Shown here: positions 1 to 6,784 of the stretch, one piece after another
How the letters are laid out: the number at the start of each line of letters is the position of its first letter
Numbering within the stretch: the first letter of the stretch is position 1
UHGV virus genome: UHGV-1799913
Source of the DNA: a virus
DNA: 13,009 bases
Direction: 5' to 3' (one strand)
Made by a program: the position numbers and the translations under genes
Notes under the pieces: model-generated
The model's input: only the letters and a program-made list of their open reading frames with translations
The model's database searches: none
What the model was told of the DNA's origin: nothing

Positions 1-165
1 CCCTGCGGGGATCAGGCGATCCAGTTCCGGCAGCAGCGAATATTTGCCGCCAGCCCATTTAAGGAACGGGCGCTGCCAAATTCGTGATGCTGGATTGTGT
101 GCGGGTGGCAGCTTAACCGCTTCATTGAATTGCTCAACGCAAACACTTACAAATCCGTAATTCAT
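1..165 (-). CDS. DNA adenine methyltransferase (Dam-like), N-terminal part; gene continues past the window start
   Basis: Minus-strand translation from ATG at 165-163 gives MNYGFVSVCVEQFNEAVKLPPAHNPASRIWQRPFLKWAGGKYSLLPELDRLIPAG. RPFLKWAGGKY matches the conserved N-terminal motif of Dam-family N6-adenine methyltransferases (E. coli Dam: RAFLKWAGGKY). Absent from the ORF track because it is truncated by the window edge. Start overlaps the downstream stop (ATGA). Confidence 0.7.
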   Translation of the reverse strand, partial: MNYGFVSVCVEQFNEAVKLPPAHNPASRIWQRPFLKWAGGKYSLLPELDRLIPAG

Positions 166-320
166 GCTGCCACCTGCTTTTCGTTAAGTTCTTCAGCCAG
201 TCGTTGCGCCTTCAGTGGGTTGGTAACGACATCACCCCACGGCAGCAACCATCCGTTTTTCTCTTTGAGCCAGGGAAGGCGCAGTGTGCCAACCCTGATG
301 TCGTCGTGAGCGTGAGTCAT
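162..320 (-). CDS. hypothetical small phage protein (52 aa)
   Basis: Minus-strand ORF MTHAHDDIRVGTLRLPWLKEKNGWLLPWGDVVTNPLKAQRLAEELNEKQVAA, below the 60-aa track cutoff. GGAG about 8 nt upstream of the ATG; ATGA stop/start overlaps with both neighbours. No family recognised. Confidence 0.4.
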   Translation of the reverse strand: MTHAHDDIRVGTLRLPWLKEKNGWLLPWGDVVTNPLKAQRLAEELNEKQVAA

Positions 321-790
321 AGGATGGACTCCATTTCGTCGATGTAGAGGCCCTGAGCAATCAGGCGGCTACGGCGGGCGGCACGGGCTATGCACTCCTG
401 CCGTCTACCTTCCTGCGATTGCTCAATGGCGCGCCGGGTGAACAGGCGCGATTTGCCCTGCGGCGTCACAACCTTCGGCTTCGTGACCAGGTCGAAAGTC
501 CGGTCGCAGATGCCGTCCCCGTTGATCCACTTTTCCGACTCAACGATCTGCGCTATCTGTCCGGAGCCGCGGGTAATACCGTTGGCTACCCGGTTAAACT
601 CGATGAGCGTTACGCCAAACTTCTCAGCGATTTCGCTGCCGGTTACCGGGCGGCCGCGCGTCTGAATCGTCCAGATAACGCGCAGTTTTGAAACACTCTT
701 TTTGTGGAATCTGATCCAGATAACGCGCTCACGAAGGCCGGAGAATTGCCCGGTGCGCCCTGGCCTGCGGTAAAATGGTGTGCGTTTCAT
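317..790 (-). CDS. hypothetical phage early protein (157 aa), basic, possibly nucleic-acid binding
   Basis: ORF-track entry 317..790; start overlaps the upstream exonuclease stop (ATGA) and the stop overlaps the next start. Arg/Lys-rich termini. No family recognised from sequence alone. Confidence 0.5.
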   Translation of the reverse strand: MKRTPFYRRPGRTGQFSGLRERVIWIRFHKKSVSKLRVIWTIQTRGRPVTGSEIAEKFGVTLIEFNRVANGITRGSGQIAQIVESEKWINGDGICDRTFDLVTKPKVVTPQGKSRLFTRRAIEQSQEGRRQECIARAARRSRLIAQGLYIDEMESIL

Positions 791-1404
791 GCTGCACGCT
801 CTGTGATTTTCTGAATTTCCGATTCCAGATCTGCAAGGAAGCTCTTAACCTCAGATTCGATTTCGCGCGCCAGCTCTTCATCGAAATGAATCCGCTTCTT
901 GAAATAGGCGAGGTCAGGCGGCAGGCGATCATCGAAACTAACGAAATCACACCATTTCCGCCCGGTGCACATCATCTGTGCATGCATTTGCAGCATGTAC
1001 TGGCGCTTTGGCTCACCAGTTTTCAGCGTTTCAAGATGGGTCCAGGTGTTGGGGCATTTGATTTCGATAAGCCCGTCGTCGTTGACAAGTCCGTCCGGGC
1101 TGGCTGCGAATCCGGGTATGGTTGGGTGATCGATGAGCCCAACTTCAGTGATTGCCGCATTGAACTCATTCAGCGCGTACATTTCGCGTGCCACTGGCTC
1201 AAGTTCAGTGCCGCGCATCATCGCGGCATTCGAAAACCCTTCCTCCAGCTTCCCGGTCAGCCGTTGGCAAATCAGCTCGGCCATGTAGTTCTGGCGGCTG
1301 GTGGAGTAGCCCGACTTAGTCCGGGCCATGACATCAGCCAGGCGACTGGCTGTGACCTTGCCGCAGCGCGCAGCAAACCATTCAGGGGTGCGTTGCTCTA
1401 TCAT
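787..1404 (-). CDS. YqaJ-type viral recombinase exonuclease (PD-(D/E)XK; functional analogue of lambda Exo)
   Basis: N-terminus MIEQRTPEWFAARCGKVTASRL is typical of the YqaJ exonuclease family and sits immediately downstream of the Bet gene as an exo/bet pair. GGAGG 5 nt before the ATG at 1404; ATGA overlap with the bet stop. Confidence 0.8.
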   Translation of the reverse strand: MIEQRTPEWFAARCGKVTASRLADVMARTKSGYSTSRQNYMAELICQRLTGKLEEGFSNAAMMRGTELEPVAREMYALNEFNAAITEVGLIDHPTIPGFAASPDGLVNDDGLIEIKCPNTWTHLETLKTGEPKRQYMLQMHAQMMCTGRKWCDFVSFDDRLPPDLAYFKKRIHFDEELAREIESEVKSFLADLESEIQKITERAA

Positions 1405-2147
1405 TCAGCCTCCGTCTCTGCGACATTGACAGGTTCGGCGTTGTCGACAGCAAGACTCATGTCATACATGCGTCGTTTCTCAACTGCGCCGATCACCTGT
1501 TTCTCTTCGGCGCTCAGCGCCACCCAGAACTCCTGATACTTAACGGTTCCAAGGCGCGCGGCGGACTCACCTTTTGCGATCAGTTCCGGGCGGCGGCTAT
1601 CTGATTCATGGCCCGCATGAACCTCTGCCGTTGTTCCTTCAATTACTCGCTCTGCCTCATCCTGGTCGAAGATGCCAGCGAAACCAAAGGCCAGACGCGC
1701 GCACTGGATCAGCGTCTTGTGGCGAAGCATGCGGGTAGGGTGGGACTGCCATGGCTGAGTGTTGCGTTTGCACTCTCCCATGTACTCGGTGACGATGGTC
1801 GGGTGCTTACGGTCTTTGCGGTAAATCTTGCAGGTACACGCGCCTTCCTCCTTGTCGTAAGAGAACTCCATGCCGTCAAACTGAGGATGCTCGTTGATAA
1901 TGCGAGCCCATCCATCAACGCCGACGACCGGGACAATCCCGCCTTTATCTGGGAATGCGTAAATCTCTTTGGTCCATGGGTTCAGGCCGTACTGGTTGGC
2001 GACGATCAACAGGGCTGTAAACTGCTCGTCCGTGACGTTGCCACCTTTGAACGCTGTATTCTTCAGCGTATTCATCAGGTCTGTACCGGCATCCATGCCG
2101 AGGCGTGCGGCCAGTTTCCCGGCCATGGTGGAAAGTGCAGTACTCAT
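1401..2147 (-). CDS. bet: Bet / Red-beta single-strand annealing protein
   Basis: From the internal start, MSTALSTMAGKLAARLGMD...LLIVANQYGLNPWTKEIYAFPDK..IVPVVGVDGW.RIINE..QFDGM...CTC.IYRKDR.HP...TE.M.EC...PWQSHP.RMLRHK..IQCARLAFGFAGI.D.DEAER is near-collinear with lambda Bet as I recall it. Start set at ATG 2147 (GAGGGA RBS upstream) rather than the track start at 2162. Confidence 0.9.
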   Translation of the reverse strand: MSTALSTMAGKLAARLGMDAGTDLMNTLKNTAFKGGNVTDEQFTALLIVANQYGLNPWTKEIYAFPDKGGIVPVVGVDGWARIINEHPQFDGMEFSYDKEEGACTCKIYRKDRKHPTIVTEYMGECKRNTQPWQSHPTRMLRHKTLIQCARLAFGFAGIFDQDEAERVIEGTTAEVHAGHESDSRRPELIAKGESAARLGTVKYQEFWVALSAEEKQVIGAVEKRRMYDMSLAVDNAEPVNVAETEAE

Positions 2148-2165
2148 TGTTAAATCCCTCAAAAA

Positions 2166-2450
2166 TTAAAACGGGCAGCCGGTACGGTGTTCCCAGTCGT
2201 ATTCCGCCTGGGCGTAAGCAACTACCGAAATGAAATCGTTGTAGGCCTCGCCAGCTTTATCGCTGCGAAGCCCTTCGTATGGGCTGGAGTCTATCGGGAT
2301 CGTGAAGTGGAAGAGGCCGGACGGCTCTTTAGGCATCATGTCGATGATTTTCTGCGCCCGGTCGTCGATCCACTTCTCTTTCTCGTCGGTGATCTGCTGC
2401 TCAGCCCAGCGCCGATCTTCGATGCGGTCGTAAGTGAGGTATGCGTTCAT
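2166..2450 (-). CDS. gam: Gam-like protein (putative RecBCD inhibitor)
   Basis: Position immediately upstream of bet; N-terminus MNAYLTYDRIEDRRWAEQQITDEKEK resembles lambda Gam short form ([30 protein letters not shown], recalled). GAGG RBS before the ATG at 2450. Confidence 0.6.
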   Translation of the reverse strand: MNAYLTYDRIEDRRWAEQQITDEKEKWIDDRAQKIIDMMPKEPSGLFHFTIPIDSSPYEGLRSDKAGEAYNDFISVVAYAQAEYDWEHRTGCPF

Positions 2451-2457
2451 GGTTGCC

Positions 2458-3429
2458 TCAGTAATGAATTTTCGCGCAGGGGATCAGGTCATCTTTCAGA
2501 GCGGTAAGCACTTCGATAGCCTGCTCGCGGGTTAAGCTGGTTTGGCTGGTGAGCGCGTTAACGATGTTGGTGCCGACCGTCTTGCGGTGCTTAACGTCAG
2601 CTTCACGCTTTGCCTGCTCATCGGCGAGGCGCTTCTCTTCGGCCAGGCGGGCATCTTCGGCCTGTTTGGCCTTCAGGCGCTCGGCTTCAACCGCCGTGGC
2701 TTTTTCGCGTTCCGCCCGGGCTTCCGCTTCCTGCTTCTCGCGAGCTGCACACTGTTCCGCTTCGACGCGCTGGCGCTCCGCCAGTTCAGCGCGGGCTTTC
2801 TCTTCGGCTTCACGGCGCGCTGCGGCTTCAATCTCCGCTTTGTGCTTCGCTTCGGCATCGCGGCGGGCTTGTTCTGCCGCTTCCTGTTTCAGCCGCTCAT
2901 CACGTTCACGCTGAGCCTGTTCCGCCAGACGGCGCTGCTCTTCGCGGTCACGGTCAAAATCCTTGTTCATCAGTAGAGCCATTTCGTGGTCCGCTTCGAA
3001 CTTGGCAGCCAGCTCCTGATCGAACCTGATGTTCATCTCCAGCGCTTCGGCGTGCATCGCGTTCATGGCTTCTTCAGCCTTAATGCGTTCCTGCTCGGCT
3101 TCCCATTCGGTGAGTGGGCGGCGGGTCGCATCGCGCAGCTCGTCGCAGGCATCAACGAATCGCTTAATTTCGGCCTCAGCCGGACGCACAGCCTCTTTCA
3201 GGCGCTTCAGGTACTCACGGCCCGGCTTTTCGATTGCCGTCTTGCTGCGGGACACCTGCGCTGCCAGAGAGGCAACACGGTCACGGCCTTTCTTCGTGGA
3301 CAGGTCCGACACTTCGTTTACAGCCTGGCGGATTTGCTCAAGGTACGCGTCAAGGCCGCCCGCTACGTAAAGCACTGGGGCCTGTTCCGGCTTGATTTCG
3401 ATGACAGTTAAGTCCGTTACTTCGCTCAT
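2458..3429 (-). CDS. coiled-coil phage protein with a long ER/K-rich helical segment (possibly DUF1351-like)
   Basis: Track ORF 2458..3543. Start moved to the internal ATG at 3429 (MSEVTDLTVIEIK...), which is preceded by AGGAGA and avoids overlap with the upstream gene. Contains roughly 120 aa of almost pure E/R/K/A/Q (EEQRRLAEQAQRERDERLKQEAAEQARRDAEAKHKAEIEAAARREAEEKARAELAERQRVEAE...). Confidence 0.6.
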   Translation of the reverse strand: MSEVTDLTVIEIKPEQAPVLYVAGGLDAYLEQIRQAVNEVSDLSTKKGRDRVASLAAQVSRSKTAIEKPGREYLKRLKEAVRPAEAEIKRFVDACDELRDATRRPLTEWEAEQERIKAEEAMNAMHAEALEMNIRFDQELAAKFEADHEMALLMNKDFDRDREEQRRLAEQAQRERDERLKQEAAEQARRDAEAKHKAEIEAAARREAEEKARAELAERQRVEAEQCAAREKQEAEARAEREKATAVEAERLKAKQAEDARLAEEKRLADEQAKREADVKHRKTVGTNIVNALTSQTSLTREQAIEVLTALKDDLIPCAKIHY

Positions 3430-3499
3430 GGTTTCTCCTGAAATTTGGATGTGCAGATCCCGCCCGCGTAATGCCAGGCCGAACGGTTGAATAGGGTGG

Positions 3500-3709
3500 T
3501 TAGTGCTGGATAGGGTTGCCGTGACCGTCAAGAAGGACGTCAATCACGCAGTCACTGAGTCGGATTATTTCTGCGTCAGTGTGCAGGTATACCCATTTGC
3601 GCTCCTGAATGACTGCTGAGACGCGATATGTGCGGCCTTCATGCAATGCCATCATGCCGGGCGTGACGCACTGGCGAATGAGCGGGGTGGTGCCGTAGTG
3701 GTTGATCAT
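3500..3709 (-). CDS. hypothetical small phage protein (69 aa)
   Basis: Track ORF; GAGGTGAAGG RBS before the ATG at 3709; ATGA overlap with the upstream gene stop. No family recognised. Confidence 0.5.
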   Translation of the reverse strand: MINHYGTTPLIRQCVTPGMMALHEGRTYRVSAVIQERKWVYLHTDAEIIRLSDCVIDVLLDGHGNPIQH

Positions 3710-3864
3710 GCCTTCACCTCAACCTGTTCCAGGAGGCCAGCGATATTCATCTGTTGGCGGTTCATCGTCAGCTTTTCACGCGGGTTAGATACCGACGTCA
3801 GCTGCCACTCGTTATCGTTGAGCTTTTTGGCGGTGTACTGCTTGCCGTTGTGGGTGACTGTCAT
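3706..3864 (-). CDS. hypothetical small phage protein (52 aa)
   Basis: Internal start of track ORF 3706..3906: ATG at 3864 (MTVTHNGKQYTAKKLNDNEWQL...) preceded by AAGGTGGTG, 1 nt after the stop of the upstream membrane-protein gene. Confidence 0.45.
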   Translation of the reverse strand: MTVTHNGKQYTAKKLNDNEWQLTSVSNPREKLTMNRQQMNIAGLLEQVEVKA

Positions 3865-3865
3865 C

Positions 3866-4075
3866 TCACACCACCTTGAATAAGAACCAGCCCATACCGC
3901 ACACAATCAGGCCCACAATGGTTATTGCGGAAGACATGCGTACATGGTCAATGGCTAGTTTTGAAAGTGGCTGGCGATGTTCTTTTTTCGTCAGCGAGTT
4001 GATTGCTATGCCGAGCAGAAACGTCCCGACAAACCATAATGCGTATATCTTTAAGCCCAACTCCAAATCACTCAT
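3866..4075 (-). CDS. small membrane protein (69 aa, two predicted TM helices)
   Basis: Track ORF MSDLELGLKIYALWFVGTFLLGIAINSL...ITIVGLIVCGMGWFLFKVV has two hydrophobic stretches; AAGAGGA RBS before the ATG at 4075. Sits where lambda carries kil/cIII/sieB-type small genes. Confidence 0.55.
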   Translation of the reverse strand: MSDLELGLKIYALWFVGTFLLGIAINSLTKKEHRQPLSKLAIDHVRMSSAITIVGLIVCGMGWFLFKVV

Positions 4076-4206
4076 AAATCCTCTTGGCCTTATCGCGGCG
4101 AACGGAACGGTTAATACAAGACTTCAACGCATTTATTCAGTGTTTCAATGGGCGGTGGATGGCCGCCGGTTTTCATAACTAAGCCGCCTCGGTGAAGCGA
4201 CTGAGG

Positions 4207-4232
4207 TATGAAAAAGCCCTCCGGAGAGGGCT
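4207..4232 (-). terminator. putative rho-independent terminator (minus strand)
   Basis: Minus strand reads GCCCTC-TCCG-GAGGGC followed by TTTTT (plus 4211-4231), directly after the stop of the 50-aa peptide gene. Confidence 0.5.
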
Positions 4233-4383
4233 ATGTGTTTCGCTTAATCATTGGGTAAGCCAGAGCAATTACACCTGCCACTAATACCCCGTCAGCCAGC
4301 ATCGACATCAACTTCCCGGTGAAATCGACAGCAATCACCAGGAAGAGGAGGACGCCGATAATCAACCAGCGCAATTTATCCAT
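4231..4383 (-). CDS. small hydrophobic membrane peptide (50 aa)
   Basis: Hand-translated minus-strand ORF MDKLRWLIIGVLLFLVIAVDFTGKLMSMLADGVLVAGVIALAYPMIKRNT, below the track cutoff. Its ATG overlaps the TerB-like stop (ATGA); strongly hydrophobic; followed by a terminator. Confidence 0.4.
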   Translation of the reverse strand: MDKLRWLIIGVLLFLVIAVDFTGKLMSMLADGVLVAGVIALAYPMIKRNT

Positions 4384-4808
4384 CAGATATAAGCGTCGAG
4401 TGATAACTGAAGAGCCTGAGCGATTTTCTTCAGCTGTTTTTCTTCGTCTTCGCCGATGCCGTCGTTATCGGCTACGTCAAGGCACAGGCAGAGCACATCA
4501 ACTGCGTCTGGAGTATCTGCCACATCTGCAAGTTCGCGCATTGCCTGGGCATTAGCAGAGCGAGGGGACGCTTCGTACTGTGCGCGAATGTTGCTGCTCA
4601 TGATGGCGATCTCACCTGCGAAAGCAGAGAACGCTGGTTTTGCCTGAATGGTTTTCTCCAGCGTTGCAATTTCTGACGCATCACAAGTACCGTCTGCATA
4701 AGCGATCGAGTAACAGCCCCACACCGTTGCTTCAACTGCGTCGCGGTTTTCCATCTTCTTCACTTCGACGATCGCCTTGCGTGCTTTTTTCTTAAACAGT
4801 CCGAACAT
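4383..4808 (-). CDS. TerB-family (tellurite-resistance TerB-like) protein, 141 aa
   Basis: Two ADG/acidic repeats (AYADGTCDASEIATLEK and DVADNDGIGEDEEKQLKKIAQAL) and an MFGLFKK N-terminus resemble E. coli TerB (MSFFDKVK...VASDGVSSEEK...AKSDGNFDDDEK, recalled). AAGAGGG RBS before the ATG at 4808. First sizeable gene downstream of the presumed pL. Confidence 0.55.
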   Translation of the reverse strand: MFGLFKKKARKAIVEVKKMENRDAVEATVWGCYSIAYADGTCDASEIATLEKTIQAKPAFSAFAGEIAIMSSNIRAQYEASPRSANAQAMRELADVADTPDAVDVLCLCLDVADNDGIGEDEEKQLKKIAQALQLSLDAYI

Positions 4809-5035
4809 TTGACTACCCTCTTGGTTTAAGCCATCAACTTGATGGCGACATTTGACTTACCGTCAGCCCCTCGTAAAGAGCTGCTGGTAAATCGTGTTGC
4901 CATAATTGCCGCTCCTCCTGAGCCCGCCTATGGTCCGACGCATGGTTTACTGTCGCGCCGTTCGACTGACCGAATCTCCACTTCGCTGCTGGCTAACTTC
5001 GCTCAGCTGTCGATGTTTCGTTTCGATGGGGTGAA

Positions 5036-5110
5036 TTTAGCGTGATGCTAAATTATGCGCAATAGCAAAATGCTAAATTGTTGAATGGTTTTATTTAGCG
5101 TATTGATTAA
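5036..5110. promoter_or_regulatory. OL-like operator cluster / presumed pL region
   Basis: Three 17-mers matching TTTAGC-N5-GCTAAA: 5036-5052 tttagcgtgatgctaaa (perfect half-sites), 5061-5077 aatagcaaaatgctaaa, 5094-5110 tttagcgtattgattaa. Lies between the cI terminator and the leftward operon. Confidence 0.45.
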
Positions 5111-5149
5111 TAAGCGATTAAAAATTTACAGCGAAGGAATTCGGGACGT

Positions 5150-5173
5150 AAAAAAGCCCGCGCGATGGCGGGC
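5150..5173 (-). terminator. putative rho-independent terminator downstream of the repressor gene
   Basis: Minus strand: GCCCGC-CATCGC-GCGGGC stem-loop followed by TTTTTT (plus A-run 5150-5155), about 20 nt after the cI stop. Confidence 0.5.
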
Positions 5174-5193
5174 TTGAGGGGTTTTGCGTGAGG

Positions 5194-5871
5194 TTATGGG
5201 ATGTTTAGTATTTTGGCATCAACCACAACGCCGATGATTTTGCAGTTTCCATTAATTTCTAGCATTGGATATGCGGGGTTAAGGGGCTTTAGGAAGCGTC
5301 TGCCGGCATCGATTACAAGCTTCTTAAAGGTCGCTTCGTTATCGCCTTCTAGCTTCGCGACAACCAGCTTTCCGTTGCGCGGCTCGACTTCAGGATCAAC
5401 AAGTATCGCTGCTCCCTCGGGTATGCTCAGTCCAGCCGGGGAGGTCATAGAATCCCCTTTAACGTCCAGCCAGAATGAATCTTCTGAGCAGTCAACAGTC
5501 GTGTCATACCAGCGATCTATCGCTCTTCGGTGATAAGGTTCTACAGCTTCCATCCATTGCCCCGCGCTTACCCAGCTGATTACAGGATAACTTCCTTTTG
5601 TCTCGTTCAGTCCTCGAAATGAAACGTTCGAAGGTTCTTCACTGGCGTGTAAAACATCCATCCAGCCAAAAGGCAGATCAAGCGCAGTTTCAATTTTGCG
5701 AGCCATCTTATCGCCGATATTGCGATGAGGGTTTGGTCCCAGTAGCTGGCTAAGCGCAGCCGGACTTGTCTCGATGAGCTCGGCAAACTGCGCTTTGGTC
5801 ATTCCAGACTCGTGCTGACGCTTCTCGTACAGCGCTTCCAGGTTGGCTTTTCTGATTTCTTTATTTTCCAT
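5194..5871 (-). CDS. cI: CI-like prophage repressor, LexA/S24 peptidase family (HTH plus autocleavage domain)
   Basis: From ATG 5871: MENKEIRKANLEALYEKRQHESGMTKAQFAELIETSPAALSQLLG (HTH), an Ala-Gly linker site (WVSAGQW), and a C-terminal S24 domain with GDSM (Ser) and a downstream Lys (VVAKLEG). Divergent to the cro-like gene and flanked by operator-like repeats. The track start at 5988 is a TTG inside the operator region and is rejected. Confidence 0.8.
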   Translation of the reverse strand: MENKEIRKANLEALYEKRQHESGMTKAQFAELIETSPAALSQLLGPNPHRNIGDKMARKIETALDLPFGWMDVLHASEEPSNVSFRGLNETKGSYPVISWVSAGQWMEAVEPYHRRAIDRWYDTTVDCSEDSFWLDVKGDSMTSPAGLSIPEGAAILVDPEVEPRNGKLVVAKLEGDNEATFKKLVIDAGRRFLKPLNPAYPMLEINGNCKIIGVVVDAKILNIP

Positions 5872-5889
5872 ACCTGCATTGTTACTGCT

Positions 5890-5955
5890 TTTAGCAAAAT
5901 GATAAATGTGCAAATTGCTAAATGATGCTTGCGTAGTATTTAGCATAACGCTAAA
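5890..5955. promoter_or_regulatory. OR-like operator cluster with divergent promoters (pRM/pR equivalents)
   Basis: 17-mers 5939-5955 tttagcataacgctaaa (perfect inverted repeat TTTAGC-N5-GCTAAA) and 5890-5906 tttagcaaaatgataaa, plus a weaker one around 5906-5922, in the 116-bp gap between the divergent cI and cro-like starts. Confidence 0.5.
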
Positions 5956-5987
5956 CTCCAAATCAAACGACTCACCCGGAGACACCA

Positions 5988-6221
5988 ATGAGCACTGAAC
6001 TACACCGCTGGCGCAAGGCCGCCACTACCGACGAATGGGCGCAGCTCGCAAAGTTGGCTAACACGACGCCAGGTTACCTGGACCAGATCGCCTACGGAAA
6101 TCGCCGGGCATCTCCAGAAATGGCATCTGCTATCGAGAAAGGCACGAAGAATTTTCACCGCCAGGCTCCGGTCCTAAAAGAAAGCCTGGTATTCGCATCG
6201 CCGCGTGATACTGCGGCCTAA
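5988..6221 (+). CDS. Cro-like small HTH DNA-binding protein (first gene of the rightward operon)
   Basis: 77 aa; GGAG 6 nt before the ATG; HTH-like segment DEWAQLAKLANTTPGYLDQIAYGNRRASPEMASAIEKGT; divergent from cI across the operator region. Confidence 0.6.
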   Translation: MSTELHRWRKAATTDEWAQLAKLANTTPGYLDQIAYGNRRASPEMASAIEKGTKNFHRQAPVLKESLVFASPRDTAA

Positions 6222-6238
6222 CCACGAAAGGGAAAGCA

Positions 6239-6784
6239 ATGCATTCACTTGCGTATCAACAAGGTAACAAATTTTCGCCAACGGCGATGATTTACCAGAA
6301 TCGCCGGGAGCCTGATTCCACGGCGTTAAACATCGATGGGATCCGCGCAGCTGTTCGCGCCTGGGCAGCTGATTGCCGAAGCCGTGAATTTGTCGCCGCG
6401 CTGATCGTGGAAGAGTGGCGGGCGTCCGGCGGAACCGGTCTGGATATCCCGACTGACTCGCACCGCCAGATGCAGAAAGTGTTTCGATGGATTGATGGTG
6501 ATACCGAATACGCCGCCAACAACATTCGCCAGCTGGCCCCGGCAATCATGTCGGTCCTGCCGCTGGAGTACCGAAACCGTCTGGCGCCGCAGAACGACAC
6601 GATGTCGCTGATCGCCTCTGCGATGAAAGAGTGTGCCGAGGCTAAACAGGCCGTGCTGCTGGACGCTCCAGAGCATCAGAAGCTCAAAGAGGTAAGCGAG
6701 GGTATAGCGTCGCTGTTCCGCCTCATGCCGGAGCAGGTAGGAACGCTGATGACGATGGTTACATCGATGCTGGGGGTTATATGA
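6239..6784 (+). CDS. YdaT-like protein (Rac/CP-933P YdaT family, reported as a CII functional analogue)
   Basis: EEWRASGGTGLDIP...HRQMQKVFRWIDGDTEYAANNIRQLAPAIMSVLPLEYRNRLA parallels E. coli YdaT as I recall it (EEYLRQGGGELPLV...YHRWLKGETKTQREKIQKLIPAILAILPRELRHRL). Lies in the cII position after the cro-like gene. Confidence 0.6.
   Translation: MHSLAYQQGNKFSPTAMIYQNRREPDSTALNIDGIRAAVRAWAADCRSREFVAALIVEEWRASGGTGLDIPTDSHRQMQKVFRWIDGDTEYAANNIRQLAPAIMSVLPLEYRNRLAPQNDTMSLIASAMKECAEAKQAVLLDAPEHQKLKEVSEGIASLFRLMPEQVGTLMTMVTSMLGVI

Noticed and set aside
97-309. Plus-strand ORF 97..309 (70 aa)
   Set aside because: The minus strand here encodes the Dam-like N-terminus (RPFLKWAGGKY motif) and a coupled 52-aa ORF; the plus ORF has no RBS and no recognisable features.
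775-2169. Plus-strand ORFs 775..1536, 1608..2153, 1969..2169 and minus-strand ORF 1709..1936
   Set aside because: They overlap the exonuclease and bet genes, which have strong family-level similarity on the minus strand; these are shadow ORFs.
2542-3029. Long plus-strand ORFs (2542..2976, 2549..2914, 2610..3029) and the minus-strand ORF 2673..2858 inside the coiled-coil gene
   Set aside because: They are antisense or out-of-frame readings of the repetitive GC-rich ER/K coding region (translations such as SASSARAFSSASRRAAA are low-complexity artefacts). The minus-strand frame with an RBS and operon context is the real gene.
4839-5045. Plus-strand ORF 4839..5045 (68 aa) in the pL leader
   Set aside because: No RBS and opposite to the direction of early leftward transcription; the region is better explained as a regulatory leader.
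5201-5533. Plus-strand ORF antisense to the repressor gene
   Set aside because: Shadow ORF of the LexA/S24-type cI coding sequence.
5872-5988. Extended repressor start at 5988 as given in the ORF track (MVSPGESFDL...)
   Set aside because: That start is a TTG lying inside the operator region and would overlap the cro-like start. The ATG at 5871 gives a protein that begins directly at the HTH domain.
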